Source of the DNA: Patescibacteria group bacterium
GTDB taxonomy: Bacteria > Patescibacteriota > Patescibacteriia > JAXHNJ01
DNA: 64,000 bases
Reading direction: 5' to 3'
Assembly (NCBI GenBank): GCA_041649715.1
Contig: JBAZMP010000001.1
Location: 436,638-500,637 of the forward strand
In this document: in pieces, positions 20,670 through 30,043 of the stretch
Layout: every line of letters begins with the position of its first letter
Position numbering within the stretch: position 1 is the first letter of the stretch
Program-made: the position numbers and the translations under genes
The notes under the pieces: generated by a model
Databases searched by the model: none
Seen by the model: the letters and a program-made list of their open reading frames with translations, nothing else
Told to the model about the DNA's origin: nothing

Positions 20670-21956
20670 ATGAAAGCAAAAAATTTCTTATTTGTTTCTT
20701 GGGAAAGCTTGAGCGGGGATGTCGCTTGGCGGGTACAGAAAGAGGGCCATCATGTCAGGGCCTATATCGACCGGAAGGATGATTCAGATGTTTATGACGG
20801 GCTTTTAGAAAAGGTAAAAAAATGGAAGGATCAGATTGACTGGGCAGATATCGTTGTTTTTGATGACGTCGGTTTCGGCCAGGAGGCGGACCAACTGCGC
20901 CGGGCCGGAAAAAAGGTGGTAGGCGGCAGCGAATATACCGATCGCTTGGAGGATGATCGGGAGTTCGGCCAATCGGAAATGAAAGATACCGGCCTCCAAG
21001 TTCTGCCCCACTGGGATTTTGAAAATTTCCATGCCGGCATAAAATTTATCCGGGAGAATCCGGGCCGTTATGTTTTCAAACCAAGCGGCAAGGCGCAAAG
21101 CAACAAGGATCTGCTTTTTATCGGCGAAGAAGACGAAGGAAATGACATCCTGGAGTTGCTGGAAAGCAATAAAAATCAATGGCGAGAAAAGATAAAGACT
21201 TTCCAGCTGCAGAAATTCGCCGCCGGAGTGGAAATCGCGGTCGGTGCCTTTTTTAACGGTCAAGAGTTTATTACCCCGGTCAACATAAATTTCGAGCATA
21301 AACGGATGTTTCCCGGTGATCTCGGTCCGCTGACCGGCGATATGGGCGCGTTGATGTTTTGGGCCCAGCCCAACGGTTTCTTTAATAATACTCTGGCAAA
21401 AATGGCGCCCAAAATTGCGGCCTCCGGTTACGTGGGCTATCTGGATCTTAATTGTATCGTTAATGGCCGGGGAATTTATCCGCTGGAATTTACTTCCCGA
21501 TTTGGTTACCCGACGATTGACGTGCAGCTATCCAGCCTAGAAATGCCGATTGGCGAGTTTTTATACCGTCTGGCTTCAAAGGAAAAATTCGAAATATTGG
21601 TCAAAAAGGGTTTTCGGATCGGTATTTGCTGCGTGACCTCGCCTTATCTCTCCGAGGATCCAGCCGATATCGCCACTTACCGCGATCTTTCTATTTTATT
21701 CCGCCGGCCTAATCCTGATTGGGAGGGCATTCATCTTGGTGATGTAAAAATGGTTGACGGTCAATTACGGGTGGCCGGGACTTCCGGCTACAGCCTGGTC
21801 GTCTCCGGCGGGGGCAATACGGTTGATGAGGCGCGCAGGCAGGCTTATAACCGGGTAAAAAATATCCGTCTGCAAAATATGTTTTATCGGGTCGATATTG
21901 GCGAGCGCTGGCTGACAGACAGCGATTTGCTGCAAACCTGGGGTTATCTCAAATAA
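20670..21956 (+). CDS. PurD-like ATP-grasp ligase (divergent paralogue of phosphoribosylamine--glycine ligase)
   Basis: LEDDREFGQ, YVFKPSG, EHKRMFPGDLGPLTGDMG, LEFTSRFGYP, MFYRVDIG; lacks the canonical N-terminal GSGGREHAL. Confidence 0.8.
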   Translation: MKAKNFLFVSWESLSGDVAWRVQKEGHHVRAYIDRKDDSDVYDGLLEKVKKWKDQIDWADIVVFDDVGFGQEADQLRRAGKKVVGGSEYTDRLEDDREFGQSEMKDTGLQVLPHWDFENFHAGIKFIRENPGRYVFKPSGKAQSNKDLLFIGEEDEGNDILELLESNKNQWREKIKTFQLQKFAAGVEIAVGAFFNGQEFITPVNINFEHKRMFPGDLGPLTGDMGALMFWAQPNGFFNNTLAKMAPKIAASGYVGYLDLNCIVNGRGIYPLEFTSRFGYPTIDVQLSSLEMPIGEFLYRLASKEKFEILVKKGFRIGICCVTSPYLSEDPADIATYRDLSILFRRPNPDWEGIHLGDVKMVDGQLRVAGTSGYSLVVSGGGNTVDEARRQAYNRVKNIRLQNMFYRVDIGERWLTDSDLLQTWGYLK

Positions 21957-22013
21957 TTGTAATAGAGAAAACATGGGTCAGGTCTTATCGCGCAATTAAA
22001 AAATATCTATAAC

Positions 22014-24683
22014 ATGTCTTTTATCGGAAAAATTTTTGGCGATGGCAATAAGCGGGTTTTGGATAAACTGACGCCAGTTTTGGCCGAGGTCAATAAATTT
22101 GAAGAAATGATGAAAAAATTGCCTGATGCGGATTTTATTCATAAAACACATGAATTCAAAGGGATGTTGGCTAAGGATCCGTCAAAGATCGACCAAATTT
22201 TACCGGAAGCCTTTGCCATGGCGAGGGAGGCGGCTAAAAGGACTTTGGGCCAAAGGCATTTTGACATGCAGATTCTGGGCGGACTGGTCCTTCATCAGGG
22301 CAAGATCGCGGAAATGAAAACCGGTGAGGGCAAAACATTGGTCGCGACCTTGCCTTTGTATTTAAACGCCTTGACCGGCCGTGGCTGCCACCTGGTTACC
22401 GTGAACGATTATCTTGCCAAACGTGACTGCGGCTGGATGGGGCCGGTATATTACGCGTTGGGGGTGAGTGTGGCCGCCATCGTCCATGAAGAGGCTTTCA
22501 TCTTTGACCCGGATTTTGAAAACAAGGAGGCGATTGACCCTAAGGTAAGACACTTAAAACCCGTCAACCGGCGGCAGGCTTATGAGGCGGATATCACCTA
22601 CGGGACCAATAATGAATTTGGCTTTGACTACTTGCGCGATAATATGGTTCCCGACTTGCCGTATATGGTTCAGCGGGAATTGAATTACGCGATTGTCGAT
22701 GAAGTAGACAGTATCCTGATAGATGAGGCGCGTACCCCACTGATTATTTCCGCTCCGGCGGAGGAATCCACGGAAATGTATTATAAATTTGCCCAGCTTA
22801 TTCCGCAGCTTGAGGAGGGGACAGATTACAATATCGACGAAAAAATGCGGGCCGCCACCTTGACCGAGGAGGGGATGAATAAAATGGAAAAAAAGCTCGG
22901 CCTTTCCAATATCTATGAAGCCGGCGGGATTGAGCTGGTCCATCATCTCGAACAGGCGTTGAAAGCGCACGCCCTTTTTAAAAGAGACAAGGATTATGTG
23001 GTCAAAGAGGGAGAAATTATCATCGTGGATGAATTCACTGGTCGTTTGATGTTTGGACGGCGTTATTCGGAGGGTTTGCACCAGGCCATTGAGGCGAAAG
23101 AAGGTGTGGAGATAAAAAAGGAAAGTCAGACGTTGGCCACCATTTCATTTCAGAATTACTTTCGCATATATAAAAAACTGTCTGGAATGACCGGGACAGC
23201 GGCGACGGAAGCGGAGGAATTCCACAAAATCTATAATCTTGAGGTGATTGTCGTGCCAACCAACAAGCCGATGATCAGAAAAGACTCAAATGACAGTATC
23301 TACAAGTCAGAAAAAGGTAAATTCATGGCTATCGTCCACGAGATCAAGCGCCGGCACGAAATCGGCCAGCCGGTGCTGGTGGGCACGATTTCCATTGAAA
23401 AAAATGAATTATTGGCGGAATTGCTTGAGCGGGAGGGGGTGCCGCATAATGTGTTAAACGCCAAGCAGCACGAGAGAGAGGCGCAGATTATCGCCCAGGC
23501 CGGAAAATTCGGGGCGGTCACCGTGGCCACCAATATGGCCGGTCGCGGCGTGGATATTGTCTTGGGCGGTAACCCGCCGGACGAAAAAGAAGCGCAAAAA
23601 GTAAAAGAAATCGGCGGTCTGCACGTTTTAGGGACCGAGCGTCACGAATCAAGGCGGATTGACAATCAGCTCCGCGGCCGCACCGGCCGCCAAGGCGATC
23701 CGGGCTCATCCCAGTTTTTTATTTCCCTGGAGGATGATTTAATGAGAATCTTCGGTTCAGGCCGGATGAAATCCTTCATGGACCGTCTGGGGGTGCCTGA
23801 GGATATGCCCATTGAAAATAAAATGATTTCCCGGTCGATTGAATCGGCTCAGAAAAAAGTGGAAGGTAATAATTTTGACATCAGAAAACACCTCGTGGAA
23901 TATGATGACGTGATGAATAAGCACCGCGAAGTGATTTACAAGAAACGTCAGCAGATTTTGAATATCAAGCCCGAAGATTTGAGAAAATCATTGATGGAAA
24001 TGATCGACGGAGAAATCGAACAAGTGGTTTTGTTTCACACCACCGCCGAAGATGAAAGGACCTGGAATTTGGATGAGATATACGAGGTGGTTGATACGAT
24101 TTTTCCGGTGCCTCTTTCGACCCGTGTCAAGCTGGAAGATCTGCGAAAAGAGGCCGGTGACAAAGCGGACGATGCCCGTTCACGTTCCCACATCATTGAC
24201 TACCTAATGTCTTTGGCAAATAAGGCCTATGATCAGATGGTCGAACAAATAAATGATACGAACTTCATGCACCAGATCGAAAGGGGAATAATTTTGCGCA
24301 CTATTGATACCCTATGGATCGAACATTTGGACCAGATGAATTATATGCGGACAGGTATCGGCCTGCGCGGTTACGGCCAGCAGGATCCTTTAGTGGAATA
24401 CAAAAAAGAAGCCTTCCAGATGTTTACCCAGCTGATGAACAATATCAACGCTCAGATTGTCTACAGCATCTATAAAATTCCTTTGGCGCAAAAACAAATG
24501 GTTTCTCCGATGCAAACGCAGAAACAGATAGAAACCGCGCCGGCCAAGGTTAGCGTTGAACAGAATGCTCCAGCTGACGGCATTAAGGATAAACCAAAGA
24601 ATGATTCAGGGAAAAAAATCGGACGCAACGATCCCTGCCCTTGCGGGAGCGGGAAAAAATACAAGAAGTGCTGTGGGAAATAG
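22014..24683 (+). CDS. secA: Preprotein translocase ATPase SecA
   Basis: [45 protein letters not shown]-terminal [22 protein letters not shown]. Confidence 0.99.
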   Translation: MSFIGKIFGDGNKRVLDKLTPVLAEVNKFEEMMKKLPDADFIHKTHEFKGMLAKDPSKIDQILPEAFAMAREAAKRTLGQRHFDMQILGGLVLHQGKIAEMKTGEGKTLVATLPLYLNALTGRGCHLVTVNDYLAKRDCGWMGPVYYALGVSVAAIVHEEAFIFDPDFENKEAIDPKVRHLKPVNRRQAYEADITYGTNNEFGFDYLRDNMVPDLPYMVQRELNYAIVDEVDSILIDEARTPLIISAPAEESTEMYYKFAQLIPQLEEGTDYNIDEKMRAATLTEEGMNKMEKKLGLSNIYEAGGIELVHHLEQALKAHALFKRDKDYVVKEGEIIIVDEFTGRLMFGRRYSEGLHQAIEAKEGVEIKKESQTLATISFQNYFRIYKKLSGMTGTAATEAEEFHKIYNLEVIVVPTNKPMIRKDSNDSIYKSEKGKFMAIVHEIKRRHEIGQPVLVGTISIEKNELLAELLEREGVPHNVLNAKQHEREAQIIAQAGKFGAVTVATNMAGRGVDIVLGGNPPDEKEAQKVKEIGGLHVLGTERHESRRIDNQLRGRTGRQGDPGSSQFFISLEDDLMRIFGSGRMKSFMDRLGVPEDMPIENKMISRSIESAQKKVEGNNFDIRKHLVEYDDVMNKHREVIYKKRQQILNIKPEDLRKSLMEMIDGEIEQVVLFHTTAEDERTWNLDEIYEVVDTIFPVPLSTRVKLEDLRKEAGDKADDARSRSHIIDYLMSLANKAYDQMVEQINDTNFMHQIERGIILRTIDTLWIEHLDQMNYMRTGIGLRGYGQQDPLVEYKKEAFQMFTQLMNNINAQIVYSIYKIPLAQKQMVSPMQTQKQIETAPAKVSVEQNAPADGIKDKPKNDSGKKIGRNDPCPCGSGKKYKKCCGK

Positions 24684-24694
24684 CAAAAAAATCT

Positions 24695-25102
24695 ATGAGT
24701 AAGGTTTATATTTTTGGGCCAATTCATCTGTTTGGCGAGGATTATCTTCCAGTATATAAACATTTAGGGAATTTGTGCAAGAAGCATTTCGATGAGGTTA
24801 TTTGCACGTATCCCGATTTCTGGGATTCTAAAGAAAGTCCGCCAGAGTTTTATGCAAGAACATATAAGACAATTACGAAATGTGATCTATTTATCGGAGA
24901 AGTAAGCGCTCCGTCAATAGGCGTTGGCATGGAATTCCAAATGGCTCAAGAGAAAGATATCCCCTGTATTGCTTTATGCAAAAAGGGAGTAAAGCCGTCA
25001 AGCATGGTTCTAGGCATACCTTGTGTAAAAAAAGTCATTTATTACGAATCTTTAGAAGATATGTCGAAACAACTTGAAGGTGCCATGGAAGTTAGTTATT
25101 GA
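24695..25102 (+). CDS. Nucleoside 2-deoxyribosyltransferase / DNPH1-like N-glycosidase
   Basis: KVYIFGPI...CDLFIGEVSAPSIGVGMEFQMA; ATG 24695 chosen as start. Confidence 0.75.
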   Translation: MSKVYIFGPIHLFGEDYLPVYKHLGNLCKKHFDEVICTYPDFWDSKESPPEFYARTYKTITKCDLFIGEVSAPSIGVGMEFQMAQEKDIPCIALCKKGVKPSSMVLGIPCVKKVIYYESLEDMSKQLEGAMEVSY

Positions 25103-25114
25103 AAGAATAATCAT

Positions 25115-25609
25115 ATGGAAAATAATAACCAATATCTTCACGAAGTTGCCATTACGGCCATTATTGTGAAAAACGGGAAGTATTTGATTACCAGGCGGTC
25201 GCCTGCCAAGAAGAGATTTCCCGGTTTGTGGACGGTGCCAGGCGGAAAAATGGAAACGAACGATTATCTGAAATTGCCGAAAGACACGGAATTTTATTGG
25301 TATAATGTCCTTGAAAGGACTTTGCGCCGGGAAATAAAAGAAGAAGTAGGCATAGATATTGAAAATATCGAATATGTGACTAGTCTGGCCACGGTTCACG
25401 CGGATGGCAGCCCGTCACTGGTGATTTCTTGCGTGGCCGATTATGTCTCCGGTGAAGTCAAGCTTCAGGTTGAAGAAAATGACCAATTCGCCTGGGTTAG
25501 CTTGAATGAAGCAAAAAACTACAAGCTTCTTGACGGTATTTATGATGAATTAGTCATGGTTGAAAATAAGAGAAATGGCAAGAGAACCGAATGGCAAAGA
25601 TTCAAATAA
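25115..25609 (+). CDS. NUDIX hydrolase
   Basis: WTVPGGKME...LRREIKEEVG (Nudix box with an insertion). Confidence 0.9.
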   Translation: MENNNQYLHEVAITAIIVKNGKYLITRRSPAKKRFPGLWTVPGGKMETNDYLKLPKDTEFYWYNVLERTLRREIKEEVGIDIENIEYVTSLATVHADGSPSLVISCVADYVSGEVKLQVEENDQFAWVSLNEAKNYKLLDGIYDELVMVENKRNGKRTEWQRFK

Positions 25610-25653
25610 TTCTTGCGGACACCTAAATAAAAGCAAGTAAAGTTGTGGGAAAT

Positions 25654-25682
25654 AAAAAGGCCAGCTTCGCGATGAGCTGGCC
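25654..25682 (-). terminator. Intrinsic terminator between convergent genes
   Basis: GGCCAGCT/AGCTGGCC stem with an A run on the left, giving a U tail on the minus strand. Confidence 0.7.
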
Positions 25683-25702
25683 AGACTAGGCTAAGATTGC
25701 CT

Positions 25703-26056
25703 CTAATTCCCGTTCCGTACAGGATGAATCCACCCGACTTCTATGCCGTCAAGAGTGTAGATGTGAAAACCGTGCTGACCGGAGATGTATTGTGGTCTTT
25801 GTTCTCCCGGCTGAAATACATCAATCCAATCAGTGGTTTCTCCTTTGAATATCCAGACTTCCTTGATTCGCACGGGGTAGGAGTTCGTGTTCTTGATCCA
25901 GCCAGACGTGCAATAGCCATGGACGACGATACCGGCCGCGGCTGATTCTGAATTCAGGAATTCCGGATCTTTGCTGGCGGGCTTAACTTGGCAGCTGTTT
26001 GTCAGCAATAACAGGGCGACTAAGGACAACATGGCAATGAAATGAACGGTTCTCAT
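25703..26056 (-). CDS. Hypothetical exported (possibly lipo-) protein
   Basis: Hydrophobic leader ending LTNS-C; purine-rich SD; own promoter TTGACA-17-TAATAT at 26152-26124. Confidence 0.7.
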   Translation of the reverse strand: MRTVHFIAMLSLVALLLLTNSCQVKPASKDPEFLNSESAAAGIVVHGYCTSGWIKNTNSYPVRIKEVWIFKGETTDWIDVFQPGEQRPQYISGQHGFHIYTLDGIEVGWIHPVRNGN

Positions 26057-26219
26057 CCTTTTCTCCCTTCTCCTCTCGGGTAAAAAGTTGAAGGTTCAGC
26101 TAATCAACGATTACGAACAGCAAATATTAGCACGTATTGATAGTTTTGTCAAGACAGAAAATGGGCTGCCCAGTAATTATCAAGCAAAATTATAATAAAT
26201 TAAACATAGTACCAAGCTC

Positions 26220-26834
26220 ATGAAAAAGGGCAAAATAATCGCGGTAACGGGCGGACCAAGAAGCGGCAAGAGTACGCTGGTTAAGTTGTTGTCCGAATAT
26301 TATGGCGGGATTGCCTATCTGGAGGGCGAAGAAAGGGATTTCCCCGCAAGAATAATTAATGATATTAAGAGGGGAGAGAACATATTAGAACTAATACTGT
26401 ATTTCCGCAATCTGACTATTGAGCAACATATTCATGCCTTGCGAGAAAAAGCTAAGGGCAAATATTGCTTTATGGACTGTTTTTGGCTGACTAATCAGGC
26501 CTATACAGACGCTTGGGTTAAAGATCAATTTGAGAAGGATATGTTGAATAGATTAATTAAGTATGATGAACAGTTGTTGGGCTGGCCGGATAAAATCATT
26601 GTTTTGGAGAATAGTGTAAAAGGGGTAAAAAAGTTTTTACAAATGGGCGGAAGGGAATTTGAACAATCAGATGAATATCTAGAAAAACAGCAACAGATTC
26701 ATCGTCTTCATAATATTCTATTCGAAGATTTGAAGAAGAAAAGAAAGGACATTATTATTCTTCATAGAGAGGGATTTGATTTTATTAAAAATAAGGATGA
26801 TATTCAAAAAGTAACACAGCTGCTGGATAATTGA
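26220..26834 (+). CDS. Deoxynucleoside kinase family P-loop protein
   Basis: IAVTGGPRSGKST, ELILYFRN, GREFEQ lid-like motif. Confidence 0.75.
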   Translation: MKKGKIIAVTGGPRSGKSTLVKLLSEYYGGIAYLEGEERDFPARIINDIKRGENILELILYFRNLTIEQHIHALREKAKGKYCFMDCFWLTNQAYTDAWVKDQFEKDMLNRLIKYDEQLLGWPDKIIVLENSVKGVKKFLQMGGREFEQSDEYLEKQQQIHRLHNILFEDLKKKRKDIIILHREGFDFIKNKDDIQKVTQLLDN

Positions 26835-26873
26835 GATAATTTATATTATAAATATAAGGCGGGTAAAAATAAT

Positions 26874-27314
26874 ATGGTTGTGGAAAAAAAAGTTGGAGTA
26901 GGATTTGGCGTGATGCTCTTTAATAATGGAAAAATCCTTTTGGGAAGAAGAAATGCTGATCCGAACAAAGCCGATTCCGAGCTGCATTTAGAAGGAACTT
27001 GGACCATGCCCGGCGGTAAGCTTGAATACGGCGAGTCTTTTGAAGATGGGGCAAAAAGAGAAGTATATGAAGAGACGGGACTTAAGCTTAATGAAATGAA
27101 AGTTATCTGCGTGAATAGCGACAGAAATGAATATGCTCATTTTGTTACGATTGGATTATTTTCGGATAAATTCAGCGGAAAGCCGAAAGTTAAGGAACCC
27201 GATGAAATTGTTGAATGGCAATGGTTCGACCTTGATAATTTGCCGAGTCCGTTATATTTTCCGAGTGCCAAGGTCTTAGAGAATTACAAGAGGGGACTTT
27301 TTTATATTCCATAA
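26874..27314 (+). CDS. NUDIX hydrolase (NUDT15/MutT-like)
   Basis: PGGKLEYGESFEDGAKREVYEETGL, EPDEIVEWQWF. Confidence 0.92.
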   Translation: MVVEKKVGVGFGVMLFNNGKILLGRRNADPNKADSELHLEGTWTMPGGKLEYGESFEDGAKREVYEETGLKLNEMKVICVNSDRNEYAHFVTIGLFSDKFSGKPKVKEPDEIVEWQWFDLDNLPSPLYFPSAKVLENYKRGLFYIP

Positions 27315-27323
27315 TTTACTATT

Positions 27324-27701
27324 ATGAAGATCGTCTTTATTTCCGGACCGTTAACGACTGGCGGTCGGCCGGAAGACAAGAATTACGTTAGGAACAACGT
27401 TAAAGAAGCCGAGAAGTATCAGATCGCTCTGGTCAACGCCGGCATCGGCTGTTTTTGCGCCCACACTCATACCGCCGATCATCACGCCAAAGGTAGTCTG
27501 GCGCCGGAAACTTTTTACTATGAAATGGATTTTGAATTTTTAAAAAGATTAGCGGATGCCTTACTTGCCATGCCTGGCTGGGAAAAATCAAAGGGGGCCA
27601 CAAAAGAAGTCGAATGGGCGAAGGAAAACAAGCTCCCGATCTTTTATCCGAAATCGCCTGATGATATTAATGATATTATTGATTGGTCGCGTAAAAAATA
27701 A
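27324..27701 (+). CDS. DUF4406/DUF1937-like protein (nucleoside deoxyribosyltransferase-like fold)
   Basis: VFISGPLT, DALLAMPGWEKSKGATKEVEWA. Confidence 0.75.
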   Translation: MKIVFISGPLTTGGRPEDKNYVRNNVKEAEKYQIALVNAGIGCFCAHTHTADHHAKGSLAPETFYYEMDFEFLKRLADALLAMPGWEKSKGATKEVEWAKENKLPIFYPKSPDDINDIIDWSRKK

Positions 27702-27749
27702 TAATCAATTTTAATACAACATATATCATTTTTTGTTATTGATTTCCTC

Positions 27750-27778
27750 TTGACAAACCCCGAAAAATGTGCTAATAT
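27750..27778 (+). promoter_or_regulatory. Sigma70 promoter
   Basis: TTGACA-17-TAATAT with a TGn extension. Confidence 0.75.
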
Positions 27779-27785
27779 TAAGGTA

Positions 27786-27922
27786 TTGTTCCTTATAAAC
27801 AAGGAAAACAAAAACAAAAACACAAGAAGGCCGGAGGCCCTTTATTTGCCTCTGATATACAAAATATCAACAGCAATACGGGCCTCTGGCCATCACCTCT
27901 TTTCTTGTTTTTTAAGGAATGG
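27786..27922 (+). ncRNA. Candidate compact 6S RNA
   Basis: ~20-bp closing stem, asymmetric central bubble, 12-bp GGCCGGAGGCCC/GGGCCTCTGGCC stem, apical stem, CACCT in the 3' bubble strand. Confidence 0.55.
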
Positions 27923-27946
27923 GACAAAAATAAAAACAAAAAGAAA

Positions 27947-29365
27947 ATGAGAACACACATCCGCTTTTGTTTAGTGGCTTTAATCCTTTTCTTAGGGATT
28001 ATTTTTTTATACCCCAAAAACGTTTCAGCCGCCGGCCAAATTGTGCCGGAGGTAAAAATTTTTGAGAACGGCGTTCAGACGAAGAGTTTCTATGGTTTTG
28101 ACCTGGGTTTTCGCGGCGGTGTGAGAGTTGCGACGGGAGATGTTGACGGGAATGGGGCTGATGAGATAATCGTCGCCGCGGGCGTAAACGGCGGACCGAA
28201 TATTCAGATTTTTAAGAATAACGGCGAAAAGATGATAAGTTTTATGGCTTACGATATAAAGTTTAGAAACGGAGTAAAAGTGACCTCCTGTGACGTTAAC
28301 AACGACGGTAGGGATGAAATTATAACCTCGCCGGGTTTAAGGGGCGGACCAAATGTCAAGATATTTAACGTTGGGGGCGAACAACTTAGAAGTTTCATGG
28401 CCTATGACATTAATTTTCGCGGCGGCGTCAATATCGGTTGCGGAGACGTTAACGCTGACGGCCTGGCGGAAATAATTACGGGAGCCGGTCCGGGTGGCGG
28501 CCCCCATGTTAGAGTTTTCAATCAAAAAGGCGAAAGTTTGAATATGGATTTTTTCCCGTTCAGTTTTAATAATAAAGGAGGGGTGAATATCGCTGTCGGG
28601 AATGTAACCGGCGATGAAAGACCAGAGATCATTGTTTCGGTTGCCCAATTTGGCGTACCGGTTATTGAGGTGTACGACGATCAATGGCATAAGCTTTCGG
28701 GTTTTTATGCTTATGACGTTGAATTTCAGGGCGGAGTAAATATAGCGACCGGCAATATTGATAATGACAATTATGATGAAATAATCGCGGCGGCCAATAC
28801 AGGCGCCGGACCTCATGTCCGCACCCTTGATTACTTAGGCAACAATCAGGAATTGAACTTTTTTCCCTATCCGGTTGATTTCCGCGGAGGAGTCTTTGTC
28901 GCCTCCGGCGACGTGATTGGCGACGGGAAGGATGAGATTATTACCGGACCGGGATTTTTAGCGGATACTCGTTATTCCCAGTACCCGAAATACATTGATA
29001 TCGATATTAGTGAACAAAAACTGAAGGTAATTGAGAACGGGCAGGAGATAGGTGATTATCAGATATCTTCCGGTAAACCGGGAATGGATACGCCCGGCGG
29101 AATTTTTACCGTTCTTAGCAAAAGCCCCACCGCCTATTCAAAAAAGTATGCCTTGTATATGCCATATTGGATGCAGTTCTCCGGCCAGGGCCACGGGTTG
29201 CACGGTCTACCGTATTGGCGCTTACGCGGTGGCGGCGTGATCAAGGAGGGAGAAAATCATTTAGGAATTCGTGTCTCGCATGGTTGCGTGCGTTTATCTT
29301 GGGAAGATGCAGAAATAGTTTATAATTGGGTCTCGATCGGCACACCAATAATTATTCATAACTAA
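27947..29365 (+). CDS. L,D-transpeptidase (YkuD domain) with N-terminal FG-GAP-like repeats
   Basis: Signal peptide, ~6 repeats of FRGGVxVAxGDVxGDGxDEII, C-terminal IDIDISEQ...GLHG...SHGCVRL. Confidence 0.9.
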   Translation: MRTHIRFCLVALILFLGIIFLYPKNVSAAGQIVPEVKIFENGVQTKSFYGFDLGFRGGVRVATGDVDGNGADEIIVAAGVNGGPNIQIFKNNGEKMISFMAYDIKFRNGVKVTSCDVNNDGRDEIITSPGLRGGPNVKIFNVGGEQLRSFMAYDINFRGGVNIGCGDVNADGLAEIITGAGPGGGPHVRVFNQKGESLNMDFFPFSFNNKGGVNIAVGNVTGDERPEIIVSVAQFGVPVIEVYDDQWHKLSGFYAYDVEFQGGVNIATGNIDNDNYDEIIAAANTGAGPHVRTLDYLGNNQELNFFPYPVDFRGGVFVASGDVIGDGKDEIITGPGFLADTRYSQYPKYIDIDISEQKLKVIENGQEIGDYQISSGKPGMDTPGGIFTVLSKSPTAYSKKYALYMPYWMQFSGQGHGLHGLPYWRLRGGGVIKEGENHLGIRVSHGCVRLSWEDAEIVYNWVSIGTPIIIHN

Positions 29366-29427
29366 ATATAATATTTATAATAAGATAGCTTGATGTAGTT
29401 ATCTTTTTTATATAACAATTTTTATCT

Positions 29428-29456
29428 TTGACAAAAACTATATCTAGCGCTAATTT
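29428..29456 (+). promoter_or_regulatory. Sigma70 promoter
   Basis: TTGACA-17-TAATTT; SD AAGGAGG at 29505-29511. Confidence 0.65.
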
Positions 29457-29518
29457 TAAGGTCTTAAGTCGTTCATTCGCCACATTGTCAAATTTTCCGC
29501 CTAAAAGGAGGATTAATC

Positions 29519-29929
29519 ATGGAAGAGACAAGGGCCTATTACGAGATTAAGGTTACCGCCGGACTGGTGGTGATTACGGTTTACCGGGGCAAATATGACC
29601 GAGAAACTATTGGCTTGGCCGTGGCCAAATTGCTGGCTGATCGAAGATTAAGCCTTGCGAATCTTAAGGCCTATAAAGCGATTGTGCTCGATGTATCTAT
29701 GGTTGACATGAACAGTGCCGGTATCGGGGGCATAATTGCCCTGACTAAGAAGTATTCGCTTGCCTGCCCGGGCAAGAAGATCTACATCATTATCGGCAGG
29801 AACGAAAGGGTAAGGAATCTTATCAGGGTCACGCGATTGGATATTATCGTAACAGAGGTTCCGGCCGGATATAACGCTGGCAATATCGATGATTTTATCA
29901 AGCAAAAGGAGGCGGAAATAAGCCAATAA
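29519..29929 (+). CDS. STAS-domain (anti-sigma-factor antagonist-like) protein
   Basis: IVLDVSMVDMNSAGIGGII and VRNLIRVTRLD match the SpoIIAA/RsbV pattern. Confidence 0.65.
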   Translation: MEETRAYYEIKVTAGLVVITVYRGKYDRETIGLAVAKLLADRRLSLANLKAYKAIVLDVSMVDMNSAGIGGIIALTKKYSLACPGKKIYIIIGRNERVRNLIRVTRLDIIVTEVPAGYNAGNIDDFIKQKEAEISQ

Positions 29930-29947
29930 TTCAAATGTTCTCTCCAT

Positions 29948-29983
29948 AAATCCGCCCGATGTGAATGTCGCGCGGATTTTTTT
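29948..29983 (+). terminator. Intrinsic terminator
   Basis: AAATCCGC/GCGGATTT stem plus T run. Confidence 0.7.
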
Positions 29984-30043
29984 ATATTAAATATTGCATA
30001 TCATAATATAAATGTTATAATATTAATTGAAAGGGACAAATAT

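Noticed and set aside
28080-28960. Repeated ~165-nt units resembling a repeat array
   Set aside because: They are in-frame FG-GAP-like protein repeats of the L,D-transpeptidase with degenerate DNA sequence, not CRISPR or DNA repeats
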